This document shows, piece after piece, positions 24,438 to 46,522 of a stretch of DNA of 49,532 nucleotides. How positions within the stretch are numbered: position 1 is the stretch's first letter; each line of letters opens with the position of its first letter. The translations under genes were made by a program, and so were the position numbers. The notes beneath the pieces were generated by a model, which worked only from the letters and a program-made list of their open reading frames with translations, did not search any database and had not been told where the DNA came from. The DNA is from Rozella allomycis CSF55 (lineage: Eukaryota), in assembly GCA_000442015.1 (NCBI GenBank), contig KE560735.1, positions 1 through 49,532 of the forward strand, in the 5' to 3' direction.

Positions 24438-26513
24438 ATGTCCGTTAGGTCTTCGAGGTCTTCTGTGTTAGAGCCAACTAATCCTGAAAATGTGAAAGTG
24501 GCAATCAGAATTAAACCATTACTTGAAGATGATTTAAGAGAGAATAAGAAATCTATCTGGATGAATTCTGCTCATTCGATTGGATTAAATCCTGAATTTG
24601 ATAGCAAATATAACAGGCAATCAACATCGCATTCATATGGTATTATATTCAGTGCATTGATAGCAGATCATGTATTTACTGGAAGTAGTAACGAGGTTGT
24701 TTTTGAGAATATTGTGTCCCCAGTAATAAATTCATGTGTTATCGGTTACAATGGTAAAAATATACGATATTTAGAAAATTTGGTATAGTGATAGCCTACG
24801 GTCAAACCGCATCCGGCAAAAGCTATACGATGAGTGGCCATCAAACGGAGCCCGGTGTAATTCCGAGGGCCATTGATCAAGTGTTTCGACTAATAGAAGA
24901 ATCAAATGAAGATAAAGAATATTTATTAAGAGTTTCATTTCTTGAAATATATAACGAAACAATAAGAGATCTCTTGGCGCCCGAGCAAAGAGATATTCGA
25001 ATTTGTGAAGATCGCAAGGTACATAGCCGTTCTTATCGTGAAAGAGGGGAATTTATCTTAGTCCGCTTAAAGAAGAAATAGTCACTTGTCGAGAGCATGT
25101 AATGTCAGTTATAAATAACGGGGAAATGAACAGACATATATCAGAAACCGATTTCAATACATATAGCAGTCGGTCGCATACCATCTTCCAAATGGTATCC
25201 AGTTTTTGATTAATCTTTTCAGGTTATTGAGAGTCGTGATAGGTCTCAGGGATCAGCTGCAATGAGCAAAACTAATTCCGTAGGATCGCTGAAGAGCTTA
25301 AGGCGAATTAATTCGAGATCATCAATCTCTCAATCTCCAGTGAGGGTTTCATGTCTAGTATGACTTTAAATATATCGTTTCAAGAGTTTAATAGACTTGG
25401 CTGGGTCAGAAAAGGCATCGTCGAATTCCGACAGGCGGAAGGAAGGCGCATTCATCAACAAATCTCTCCTTACACTTGGAACCGTTATATCAAAGTTAAC
25501 TGAGAATATCCAGTATCACGATATTTATTTTAACATAGATCTCATATTCCATTTAGAGATTCCAAACTAACCAGAATCCTGCAACCATCATTAACAGGAA
25601 ATGCAAAGGTCGCGATTATCTGCACCATATCGCCCGTGTACGAAAACCTAGAAGAAACAATAAACACTCTTAAATTTGCTTCCAGAGTAAAGCGGATCAC
25701 GCTGAAGCCAGAATTGTATGAGGTATCTAAAATATTATGAAGGTGAATAGGTTATGGATGAAAAGGCGTTGTTGCAAAAGTACAAGGCTGAAATAGAAGA
25801 ATTGAAAGAAAAACTTAGATTGACGAATTTGCATTATGAAATCCAGCGGGAGCAAGAACAATCGCAGCTGTATCAGGAAAAACAAAAGATTGAAGAAGAA
25901 ATGCAAGAGCAGCAGCTTTTGAGAACAGCGTTTAAAGAGCGAATCGACCATTTGGCAAAGTTGATACTGACATCAAATACAGGCAAAAAGTCTCAAGTGC
26001 AATCACCAGTAGAATTTTAGTTTAATGTTTATTGAGAGTGTATTGTCACCAACTTCATCATCGCTAAATGTGAATAACATACTTGTAGAGAACAGCGAGT
26101 TGAAAGCAAGAATTGCCATTTTGGAGAAGAAAGAAGAGATGTTTGAGCAAAGTGAGAAAGTAATTATACGTATCTTTTATGAATAGATTGAAAATGAGTA
26201 TGAAAAATTAAGAGTAGCTTATGCGAATTTGGAGGAGCAAATGTTGACTCAGACTGAGCAGCTGTTGAAAACACTGTCTGAAAAGGATCAAAGAATAAGC
26301 GAGTTGGAAAATTTAAAACAGATAGACACTACTCTTGTTGGACAGATTGAGGAATACTCAAGAATGGTGAAAGACCTCAATGATAGGCTACAAGAAGAGA
26401 GATTACTTAGATGCGACATGGAAACGATATACAGCGACCAGATTAAAGATTTAACAACCAGACTGGCATTATTAAAATCTGCTGCATCACTAAACAAATG
26501 GGAGGTTGAATAA
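24438..26513 (+). CDS. Kinesin-7 family motor (Kip2/CENP-E-like), multi-exon
   Basis: [76 protein letters not shown], neck [16 protein letters not shown], and a coiled-coil tail. Confidence 0.9.
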
Positions 26514-26751
26514 CTGACGAAATTCACATAAATAAACGCTATTTACTTTTTTTCTACCAATGCTTGCTATAAATTATTTTTCGCACAATCTATTTTTTGC
26601 CTTATCCAACTTGATCATTTAATATAATATATAAATATATTTAATATTTTCATGTCATTTCCCTGCACTTTCTAATATTAAATTTAGCTTTAGCACCTGC
26701 CCGACATCCCTAGAAATTTCCAAAAACCCTTGTAATCATTGTCAGCCGACT

Positions 26752-36525
<9,774 letters not shown>

Positions 36526-36650
36526 ATAAAAGATATTAGTTGAAATTATTAGTTGAAATTAAAAAGATATTAGTTTAAATGGTATTAAATGGTATAAACT
36601 CATTTCTTAAATTTTAATTCAATTAGTTTAACGATTTTCTATCACTCTTT

Positions 36651-37471
36651 TTAAACTAGTAATTTATTTAGTTTCTGGTGGCACATACCGCTTCATCTTT
36701 TCAAGTTCGTGCTGCTCCAACTCTTGTATCTTTTCAAACGCATCATTCTACCTCACCAAACTACCAAAATCTTACCATTTTCCCACTAGCCGCCATATAA
36801 AACAAGTACATTGCCAGAAACCCTAGCGCCACAGTCATCCCAATCAAAAACACTTGCGCGATTTTGTGCACGACATCAAACACGACATTCAGCTTTGCAT
36901 TCCAGATCACCCACCGCGGAATCTTGAGCTCCTTGATTAGCTCGGGAGATAGGTCGTTGATTTCTTTGAGCGTTAGTTTCAAAGATTTTCTGCCGTCGGT
37001 TTGGATGTCCAGCTTGGATTGCAGGTACTGCGGGATGCGGATGGGCGTCGTGGGAGTTATTTGTTGTAGGTAGCTGTCCATTGGCGAGAGATTGGAGTTG
37101 GATGGGAGAGTGTTTGAATTTGGGGTGGTTAATGGTGGTGATTGTTTAGCAGGTGAGTTCATTTGAGAGTCTGGGTTGTCTTTAAGTGGAGAGTCTGGGT
37201 TGTCTTTAAGTGGAATGTCGTAAATGTCTTGGAGTGGAGTCTCGTTTTTCATATGTAATGCTGCATTCACATTAGCATTGGCTGAATTGGTATTGCTTGA
37301 ATTGGTATTGTTGAAAGGCGATTCTTTTTCATGTCCAACTTGAGGCTTTTCATTCAACTTGCTGCTAGCATATCGCCTAAACCCAACAACAGCTGGCACT
37401 GGGACCATTCTAAACCTACAAATATTCAATAACCCTCTATCAAATCCTTTGCGCATCATTCCATAATTCAT
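36651..37471 (-). CDS. Probable mitochondrial single-TM protein with a Cox14-like helix
   Basis: Arg-rich presequence-like start (..GFRRYASS), P/S/N-rich linker with a PLKDNPDS repeat, and FDVVHKIAQVFLIGMTVALGFLAMYLFY. Intron 36748-36775 extends the frame to a stop at 36651. The start codon is uncertain. Confidence 0.5.
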
Positions 37472-37519
37472 TTGTACAATACACACTCTAAAATTTCTGA
37501 AATTTACAAGCTTCCTTCA

Positions 37520-37935
37520 ATGACTTCCAAAGGTCGACAAGTATCGTTCACGAAAGAAAGTACGCGCTCAAATATTCTAAAATAGTCCGTCAAATGATGT
37601 ACGGCTTCGGCGATGTCCCCAAACCACGTTTGGATTCAGTAAAGGTTATGGAAGACCTAGTATCAGAGTTTCTGTTTGACGTGGTACGCTTATCTGCTTT
37701 TTTTCTTATGTAGCTGAACAAGGCGGCTAGTGTGCGCAAGGCAAAGGTAAAGACGGAAGATGTTATCCATGTTATTCGCAAGGACGACAAGAAGAAGAGC
37801 AGGGTGGAGGAGCTGCTGTTTATGCAGGAGGAAATCAAGACCGCAAAGAGAGCGTTCCAGGAAAGTGAAATTCCTGGGCTGGATGAGAGTGAGCTGGCGT
37901 TGATGGCTGGCATTTCGACACCGTTGCCGAAATAA
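37520..37935 (+). CDS. TAF13: TFIID subunit TAF13 (3 exons)
   Basis: FTKE|IRQMMYGFGDVPKP..SVKVMEDLV...KVKTEDVIHVIRKDDKKKSRVEELLFMQEEIKTAKRAF. Confidence 0.92.
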
Positions 37936-38007
37936 CGAAGCTTTGAATAGTGAATTGGAAATATGGGGTGTTTAGATTACTAATAAATGAATAAAAGTTT
38001 TGGATGA

Positions 38008-41000
38008 TTAGGTTTTATTACTGACACCCTTTGACTGGTTGTACTCGTTAATGGACATTTTCAAATGTTCAGATAATTTGGATGAATTAATGTAGCCTCC
38101 AACACTGGTAGCTTCTGTCAAGTCTCGGAGACATTGGCATGTCATTTTGAACTTGTCAAGTCGCTTTTGATAAGCCTCCCGCACAAATGGTTTGAGACTT
38201 TTGTTGTTTGCTATTAGAGAGATCTGTAGCTAGTACCTTTCAGATACATGGCTAGAAATTCAATAGCCGACTGATCAAGTGTCTTTGAAGGATGCTTTGG
38301 TCTGATACTGCCAACAGAGACGAGTGCTTTGTTAATCATATCGCCAAGGTTCTGTTCAATGTAGCCTAGTGTCGGTAAACCCTTCACATCGATCCCTACA
38401 ATTGGCGGTGGAAGTTTATGAGGTAGCTTCAAGTCTACGTATTCCCAAGGTTGTCTATGAAAATCAATTAAATGAATCGTACTGCATAAATTCATCTTGT
38501 GCTGCAGCATTGATGAATGCGTATGTGTTGCCTTTGTATTCTACACAATGCAGCAACTCGCCCTTTACAATTGATTCAAATCTAGCATGAATGTTTTCCA
38601 AAACTTGTACTTTGAGCCATAGTTTTTAAATGTTACTGGGCAGTATCCTCGGAATGCTAGCTCGGGCGGTTTCTGAAAGAATGTAAACTTTTTCCGCAAG
38701 GGAACATCCTCTGGAATATTCTTTTCATTTGTTGCGTAGTACTGTGGATTGTTGATAAACTTTTCTTTGCAACCTTCACCTCCAAGAAAGTAGTAGAGAT
38801 CCTCTTTATATTTTCAAATCAATTTACGTTAAATTCAACGATGAGATTTTCATTGTAAGAATCAAATAATAAAAGTTTGTTGTGATCTACAAAATGAACT
38901 GGGCAATAAAGTTTAAATTTTGATTGGTGTGATTCAACGTAGTCATGATGTACACCGCAATTTAGGATGCACGCTGGTTTGTCTATTAAACTTAATTGAT
39001 GCAGTTACTATTATTTCTGGTATGAATAAATTCTTGTCGTTTTCTTATAGAATTAGATACAAAGCCGGCCAATGTATCATACACTTTCCATTTGCTTTGT
39101 GTAGAATCCACGTAAAAAGTAATAGAACGCCCATAGTCATAAGTTTCTTTGATGTAACATTCATTCTTTTCGTATTTTTGATATCGTTTCTCTATTTCCG
39201 CTTTAGATTCCAAACAAATATCATATTGGATGTTTTTCTTCAACAAAGCCTCTTGAAATGACAATATATCGTTAGAACTTCTGTTTAGTGATGTTTCTAA
39301 ATTGCAAGTAAGCAGCAGAACACAAGAAGGTAATATACCCTCATTTTCTAGCTCATTAAGCTCAGATTCTTCTTCAGGGAAGCCTTCCAGAATCCAACCT
39401 TTTGATAAGCAGTCCCGCTGTCTTAAAACTGATTTCAAGCATTGCATTAGCAAAGGCAAGGGGACTGTACCTCCCGAACACATTGAATCTAACAGCTGAC
39501 TTTTTAAAAAGCAGCGGTTTTCTTTTGCCAAAATTCTATCCAAAATTTTATTAACAGAAAGATTAACAAATCCAAAACGTTGTTCTAATCTGTTTGCCAT
39601 CGTGGTCTTTCCAGATTTTGGTGGGCCAAGAATAAACGCTGATGGTGGTGATTTTGAAGATGCTGACTTTTGATTAATGTATTTGAGAGGATTCTTAATA
39701 AATTCCTCTAAAGTTTTAGCAACAATCTTACCTTGGCTTGGGCCTTTGATTTTACGGAGTACAGTTTTCTGTCAACAACAAACATTCTTTCACCAATAGA
39801 AGAATGGCAAAAGAAACCATCTCTAAAGTACTCTACTGGGCAATACTTTCCAAATGAGCTTGTTTGAACAAAACCATTATTTAACAACGACTTTGCATTC
39901 TTTTTAGTCAGGGGAATCGCATTACAAAATATGCTTTCCCTCTAGAAATCTTTTAAGTTATATATTTTTACCCCTTGTAAATAATTGTTTAATTTGGATT
40001 TTATCTTGAATTCTGATATTCTCAATGCTCTCTCGGCTTCAACAGATACCACAGGCATTTTCATTGCAGATTTCAAATATTCCACAATTTCTTCTTGTTG
40101 TTCACATTCTTTTTCATAAATATTCTTTAGTTCCGATATAGCGAAATCTCCGACGTTTTCAATATCTTTTTCTTGGCCTTGATCCATTTCTTTTGATCTT
40201 GCATTAAAGTATTAAATTAAGGCTACTTTTCAATTCGCAGCTTTAAAGATTCAAAATGAGAATTGAAGTTTCTTTTAATGTAAATGGCTTCATTATTTAA
40301 TTTAACATCAATAAGTGCATCAGGCTGATACCCAAAGTGATCCAACATTTCAGCTTCTTTTCTGGTTTTAGGAAACCCTTCAATTAAAAAAGACTGGAAA
40401 TCAATTAATTTATAGATTACTTTACTAAATAAGTCGTCCATTAATCTTTGAAACATCTTTTCAGGAAGGAATTCAACTTCTCCTTTCATGAATGAGTTAA
40501 TTGTATTAATATCATTCTGATCAGAAAATTCAGTTCTTTTTTCAGCAAGATATTGATTATAATTTATAATCGGTGTTTCAGCTATCTTGGAAATTCTATG
40601 TAGTATTTCAGTCTATCCATAACAATTCAGATTGAATACCTTTCCAGACTTTGTTGGACCGATGCAAACAATTCTTGTCTTGGGGATTTGAATTGACTCG
40701 TCAAAATTTGTATAATATTCAGGCGAATTCATAAATGCTTCCATTTTCTCTTTCGTACACATCAAGTATATTTTATTCTTTTCTAAATTCCCTGTTGGTT
40801 TTACTTTATAGAGAACCGCCAAAGTCAAATCGCCCTTAATCAAGACATTTCTTTCTATAAAAGATACGACGCAAAAATCTTTGGTAAACCCAAAATGCAA
40901 ATTCGGATTATTCAAAGCTCCTTCATCGAGCAAAATATTCGCTTTGTTTTAAGGAATAATCGTTTACCAGGAATCGGGGTCAAAACATCAAATGCTTTCC

Positions 41001-42965
41001 TCACGCTATGCAACAGCATTTGTAACTTTTTTTCGGCTTTTAGAACTGAAAAACTTGTAGAAAGTATTTCTTTAAACGAATCAATTTGCGAGACAATTTT
41101 TTCATTCAACTGCTGATAAAACTCTTTCTCGGGCGTCTCAAATAATCCTTTTGGTTCTTCAATAGCTTCCTTGAATTGTTTAAATTCTCTAAAGAGTAAA
41201 GGATTTGTATCATTTATTTCTCTTTTGATTAGTTTATTATGTTTTAGGCTGAAAACGTTGACAGGTTTTGAATCGATTTCATCAGATTGAATGAAGATTA
41301 AATGATCTATATTTTGCTGTTCAGTAAAAATTTTGAGCTTTAATGACTAAATAAGAGCCTGTTTTACTTGGTTTGCATCTACAATGAAGCCATCAATAAT
41401 GAAACTGGTCAAACTTTTCTCTTTGATATACGAAATCAAATCATTTTCATCAATTTCTTCTCCGTTAAATAGTTTTTCAAATTATATTTAAATTATCAAT
41501 TTACCTTGACATTTTTCGTTATCTAACAACGTTTTATAATCAATCAAATCAATATTGTAGATTTTTGATATTGCCTGTGCTAAATGACTTTTTCCAGACA
41601 ATGGAGACCCAGTTATTACTAATCTAAAATCTCGTTTCAATGGATTTGCTATTAAATATTTATCAGGGAACACTGTAAATTTATTGAAGGCGTCAATGTC
41701 GCTCATATAGTAAACTTGATTCTGAAATCATTTATTGAATAAATCACTCACTTGGTATAACACAGCCAAACTGTTCTTTCCTTCTGTTAATATCCCAGAC
41801 GTAGCAAAAGTGACGGGGCAGTAGATTTTGAACTTTCCTAACGTCTTCTTTGGCGATGACAAAGCGTCACCATCAACTGACAAATGCTTTGTTACTACAT
41901 CTTCTTTTGCCATGTCATCAAAAATTTCTCTATCTTCTTCGACGACTAATTGTTTTGGTCTACAAACTGGTGGAACTAGATTCAACCTGTTGAGAAAGTC
42001 ATCTATACACCCGAAGATTTCTTCCACAGTTTGACTCCCATCAATGCAAATAGAATTGCTAATGGGAATAATGCTCTTCAATTTTGAAATTAAATTGCCT
42101 GACATATTATACCTTTCCAGTTCCTTAGATATGTTGTGGTTAAAGTTTAATGGATCTTTGACCAACCTTTCTAATACATCAAATGTCATTTTTGGCTTTT
42201 TCATTTTTATTTTCTTCCCCTCTTCACCATCATTTTCTTCATCCTCGTCGTTATCTCTTTCATTTTCCATTTCTTCTTGTTCATCCCCATCCTCATCACT
42301 TTTTACAGATTCTAGATCAATATCCTCATCATCTTCTTCATTTTGTAAAATACTATCTTCCTTTTTTTCATTTTCATCGGTCTCATCATCATCATCTTCA
42401 ATGTTCGAGTTTCTCTTTTTTTGCGCAAAATATTTTTTAGCGTATTGAACCTCTTCTTCTGTATACTGTGAAGATGTCACATGATCAAAATATAAAATTG
42501 TTCGCGATTCAGTGATATCGGAATCTTCAAATTCAATTTCACAGAAAAGCGGTTCTACTTGGTACTCTTGGAGTTTGTTAAAGATACATCCAAATTTATC
42601 TTTTATAACGCCCATCATATCACTATTTATACATAAGCTTTCAAGGTTGTACAGTACACACCCTCTTTTGATTGCAATGATATGTGTACCTTGAAAGATT
42701 GTTTCATCACTTGTAAGAGTTTCACAAAGTAACTCTAAAGCAGACAAAGGATCACATGCTTCTCCACAATACATAAGTTCCATAATCTGAAATATTAAAT
42801 GAGTCGAAGTACTTTGTCTTTCGCCTTGGATGCCGAAAAATTGAAAGCATTTTCAACGTTCAATACCTTCAAAGCATATTCTTTCTCAAGCAGCTTTGTT
42901 ACTTTGTCTAAATCAGGTGACGCTTTAGAATGAATAATTATAAATGGCTTTCGGCTTGGATTCAT
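38008..42965 (-). CDS. AK9: Adenylate kinase 9 (multi-domain flagellar AK), many introns
   Basis: Repeated AK P-loops (GSPLSGKS, GPTKSGK, GPPKSGKTT), YCPV/YHS-like modules, an acidic insert, and C-terminal KLPHKLPP..LPTLGYIEQ..KALVSVGSIRPKHP..SAIEFLAMYLK|ANN. Confidence 0.88.
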
Positions 42966-43098
42966 TTGTTTATCTTTGGACAAAAACCTGGTATTAAATT
43001 GAAATGACGTTAAGCTCAACATACAAAAAAATTTAAATTGAAATGGTGATATTAATTTGACAAATACCAAAAATATCTTTTATTTAGATTTTATGTTC

Positions 43099-44358
43099 TC
43101 ATTTTTTACTTAGATATCGATCTTCATCTTCATGAGACCCATAAAAGTCATAAAAATTCTTTTCAAAATTAACCGTATCCGATTCTTGTTGTGAATTGAC
43201 GTTATAGAAACTATTTTCAGCGTTCAACAGGGTCAAATCATCATTTTGACGCGCTTGTTTCTTGTTCATGAATGGTGTATCCAAAGTGGCAAGAGGTGAC
43301 AAAAGGTATTCTCTCTGTCCCCCTAAAGATGGAAAAGAACTGGGTGTTTCTACATTTTCATCAAAAAAGCGATTTATCTTGCGTGAAAAGGGAGTTAAAA
43401 AGTCCTCATGAAAAACTTCACCATTTTTTACGTTGTATGAATCATAGCCGTCAGGGGCTACCTCAGAATCGACCTCGTCAGGATTCTCTTCATTATCATC
43501 ACCTTCTTCATGGTAATCTTCATCGTCATCTTCTTCATAAATATTCCCACTATTCTCTAAATCAATGGCTGGTGCTTTTTTAGATGGGCGTTTGCCGTAT
43601 GTAATTCCTTCTTCTTCTTCCTCTGCAGCACTAGATTCTGAATAGGTTTGGCTCTCATCATGATCTTGATCATCTACTTCTTGTAAACCACCGACGCTTC
43701 CAAATTTACTACGGCCTTTTTTCCCTTTAGATGGTCTTTTTCCGTTTTGCATTTTACTATTGATAGGACCTCTTTTGCCGCGTTTTCCAGATCTTTTTCC
43801 GTTTGATTTCACCAATTCAAAATCATCACTATCCTCACCATCAAACGATTGAGAACTAAACAAAAAAATGTATATTGAATACTTTGAAACTTCTTTACCA
43901 TTAATTTCTACAATGGTAGGTATACTCTCCACTAATTTTGATTCATTAATCCCTGTATCTTCTATTGCGACACTAATAAGAAGTGGAAGATCAGCCTGAT
44001 TATATCATATATCTTCGATTACCAATATATCGATGCAAATATCATCAAGAGGATTTCCACGTAAATCTACTTCAACAAGAGCTGTGCATTTTTCAATTCC
44101 AGCAATACTTTTTAACTCATTAAAAGCAACGTTTAAATGTTTCAGCTTTAAAAGTTTCGGTAAGCCTAGTAATGATGATAACGAGCAGCCTTCCAAGGAT
44201 AATGTTGACAAGTTGAAAAAGTTGTGGAGAGAGAATGGCAGTTTTGGATCTGCAATAAGAGAAAGGGAAGGAAGATAGCAATCATCGAGTATCAACTGCG
44301 TCGTATGCAATGGCGAATGAGAAGAAAGAATCTCTAAAGCCGTGGGTTCCTTTGGCAT
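43099..44358 (-). CDS. ANP32-like leucine-rich-repeat protein with acidic tail
   Basis: LILDDC...LSLEGCSLSSLLGLPKLLKLKHLNVAFNEL...EKCTALVEVDLRGNPL, followed by D/E tracts and basic NLS-like clusters. Confidence 0.75.
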
Positions 44359-44913
44359 GGTGTGGCTAAGTTGTTTGGTTTCAGATCCTGGTCAGAACTA
44401 AATTGGTGATTTCAGAAATTTTCAGAATCGAATTGGCATTATTCTGAACGTTTTAGCACTACTTAATTACAATACAAAAAACTTTAACATGATCTGTTTG
44501 TATTCCACTTTAAAATTTAATCGCAAACTAAAACATATACAATAAGGTTCATAGGCGGCAGAGCGATGGCGAGCGGGTGATTGGGGGATGTGCGTGGGGT
44601 GGTAAGCCGGGGCTGTGGACGGCTTCGTATGCATAATGCAACAGTGAAGATATGAAACTTTAAAGTAGCTATGGAGTCGCTGATTGGAATCCTAGAAGTC
44701 ATTTACCTCATCTGATCATTTATTCATTTACGAGTTATTATGTCGCTTATCACCAAATTACAAACACTTTGCGGATGTCCATGTCCAGAACCAACTATAT
44801 CATGACTTGTGCACTATTAAAAGCGGTGCTTTGACACATTGAAAGTAAATTATAGACGCAAGATTTGGATTTACTCATAAAAAACAAAAAAATTCCGCCA
44901 GGCCCCAAGCCAC

Positions 44914-46476
44914 ATGAAACTTTTATTTTACAGCTGTTTCATGATTATATTAGCATCTTGTATTGCCACCAATTTGTTAGCCAAAAAGGGGCATATTCAT
45001 GACTTGTCAGAGGAAACGGTGTCACGCATCTGCTACAACTTGGACGTTAGTTCCTTCTTTCGATTTCAAAGAACCTGTAAACGTTTTCATAAAAGCGCGC
45101 TTGAGAATCAAGAATTGTTTGAAATCCAAAAAGAATATGCTAATTCCTTAAAAAATTCACCTTTTAGAAACATTAAAGGAGGATTTTTCCTTGAAGATGT
45201 TGTTAGAAAGGTCAAGCGATTTTTTGGGGAAAGACAACTCAAAGTGAAAGGGATCACCAAGAGAATAAATTTCCCCGATTTTTACGCATATCTTATTGCT
45301 AATAGTATGGACAACTGCTATTTGCTTAAGACTATTTTCGCGGAACTTAAGATTAGCACAACCGTAAAATTGGTCGAAGTTACGGAATATATGTTAAGAA
45401 GTGACATTTTCGATTCTGCTGGCTTGGATAAATTTTATAGCGGTGATTTTGTGGAGAAATATAAAAAATTGAAGTTTGAGCTGATTACAATTTTAGGCAT
45501 CGGTTATGGGAAATTTCGATTGGGATATGTAGATTTCTTTTCTTTCCAAAACTTGAATATCAATTTCGATTTAGTGCTTGAAGATTGTGTGGAAAGATCT
45601 GCTTTACTCACGCTTGCATTTATTAACAAAGAATTCGTCAGATCTTCAACTAATTTTATCATTAGTCAAATGCAAAAGTATGTAGTAGATATGGAAAATT
45701 CTTATGCAGAAAAAATTCGTGGATTGGGTATAGAAAGTAGACGCTCGTTTGTGTTTGAAACATCACAAGCGAAGCCTCTGTTTTCCGATGAAATGATTAT
45801 TTTGGAAATTTTAAGATTTGATAACTTAGATGCGCTTATTTCATTATACAAAAATAAGCCATTAAGAGTCAAAACCCCTCGCAATCTTGAAAACGCGATT
45901 AAATTAAAGTCTGTGAATATTCTACTTAATTGGGGATTGCTAATAGATAAGGGCGACATAAATAATGAGATACAGTTGAATGAAAGACGGGAAATAATGG
46001 ACAAAATCCTTAAAAGAGGAGATTATTCACTGTTACAAAGCTTGCTACAATCATTTGACAAGTACGTTCAACTCACGGTAGAATCTATTAATTCTTTAAA
46101 TTTATTTCTATTGGAAAACATGGACATAATGCAAAACGTTGGCGACTTTAGCTTTTTCGTTAAGCTAGCTGACAACTACATATTTAAATTCAAAAATTAT
46201 CATGACAACGATATTAAAATAGAATGCATTGCGTTAGGAGATGTCCTGCTTCAATTATCTGAGAAAGTTGGCGAGCAAAATGACTCACTTGACCAGTTGA
46301 TCGTTCGAATCATTAATGAATTTCCAGTTGAATACTTTCCTCTCTTAGCGTCTATACACTTACAAATAATCAATTATATAGCTGCTCACCCTCACCAAAT
46401 AGAACTTTCAGGTGAGCGCAAAAATGAACTAAATCGTGTCTTGCAAGATGATGTGATGCAACTAGATGAGGTCTGA
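44914..46476 (+). CDS. Secreted F-box-like protein (520 aa), candidate effector
   Basis: Signal-peptide-like MKLLFYSCFMIILASCIA, then F-box-like IHDLSEETVSRICYNLDVSSFFRFQRTCKRFH and a helical C-terminal region. Intronless. Confidence 0.7.
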   Translation: MKLLFYSCFMIILASCIATNLLAKKGHIHDLSEETVSRICYNLDVSSFFRFQRTCKRFHKSALENQELFEIQKEYANSLKNSPFRNIKGGFFLEDVVRKVKRFFGERQLKVKGITKRINFPDFYAYLIANSMDNCYLLKTIFAELKISTTVKLVEVTEYMLRSDIFDSAGLDKFYSGDFVEKYKKLKFELITILGIGYGKFRLGYVDFFSFQNLNINFDLVLEDCVERSALLTLAFINKEFVRSSTNFIISQMQKYVVDMENSYAEKIRGLGIESRRSFVFETSQAKPLFSDEMIILEILRFDNLDALISLYKNKPLRVKTPRNLENAIKLKSVNILLNWGLLIDKGDINNEIQLNERREIMDKILKRGDYSLLQSLLQSFDKYVQLTVESINSLNLFLLENMDIMQNVGDFSFFVKLADNYIFKFKNYHDNDIKIECIALGDVLLQLSEKVGEQNDSLDQLIVRIINEFPVEYFPLLASIHLQIINYIAAHPHQIELSGERKNELNRVLQDDVMQLDEV

Positions 46477-46522
46477 ATAAATAAACTGTCGTTACACAAT
46501 CAATTTCAATTAAATTCATTAT

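Noticed and set aside
42965..43110. Possible fusion of the ANP32-like gene to AK9
   Set aside because: The candidate intron leads to an in-frame stop, and an AATAAA follows the stop at 43099.
44517..44702. 61-aa ORF over the G-rich island
   Set aside because: No recognisable motif. It is probably a by-product of the local GC richness.
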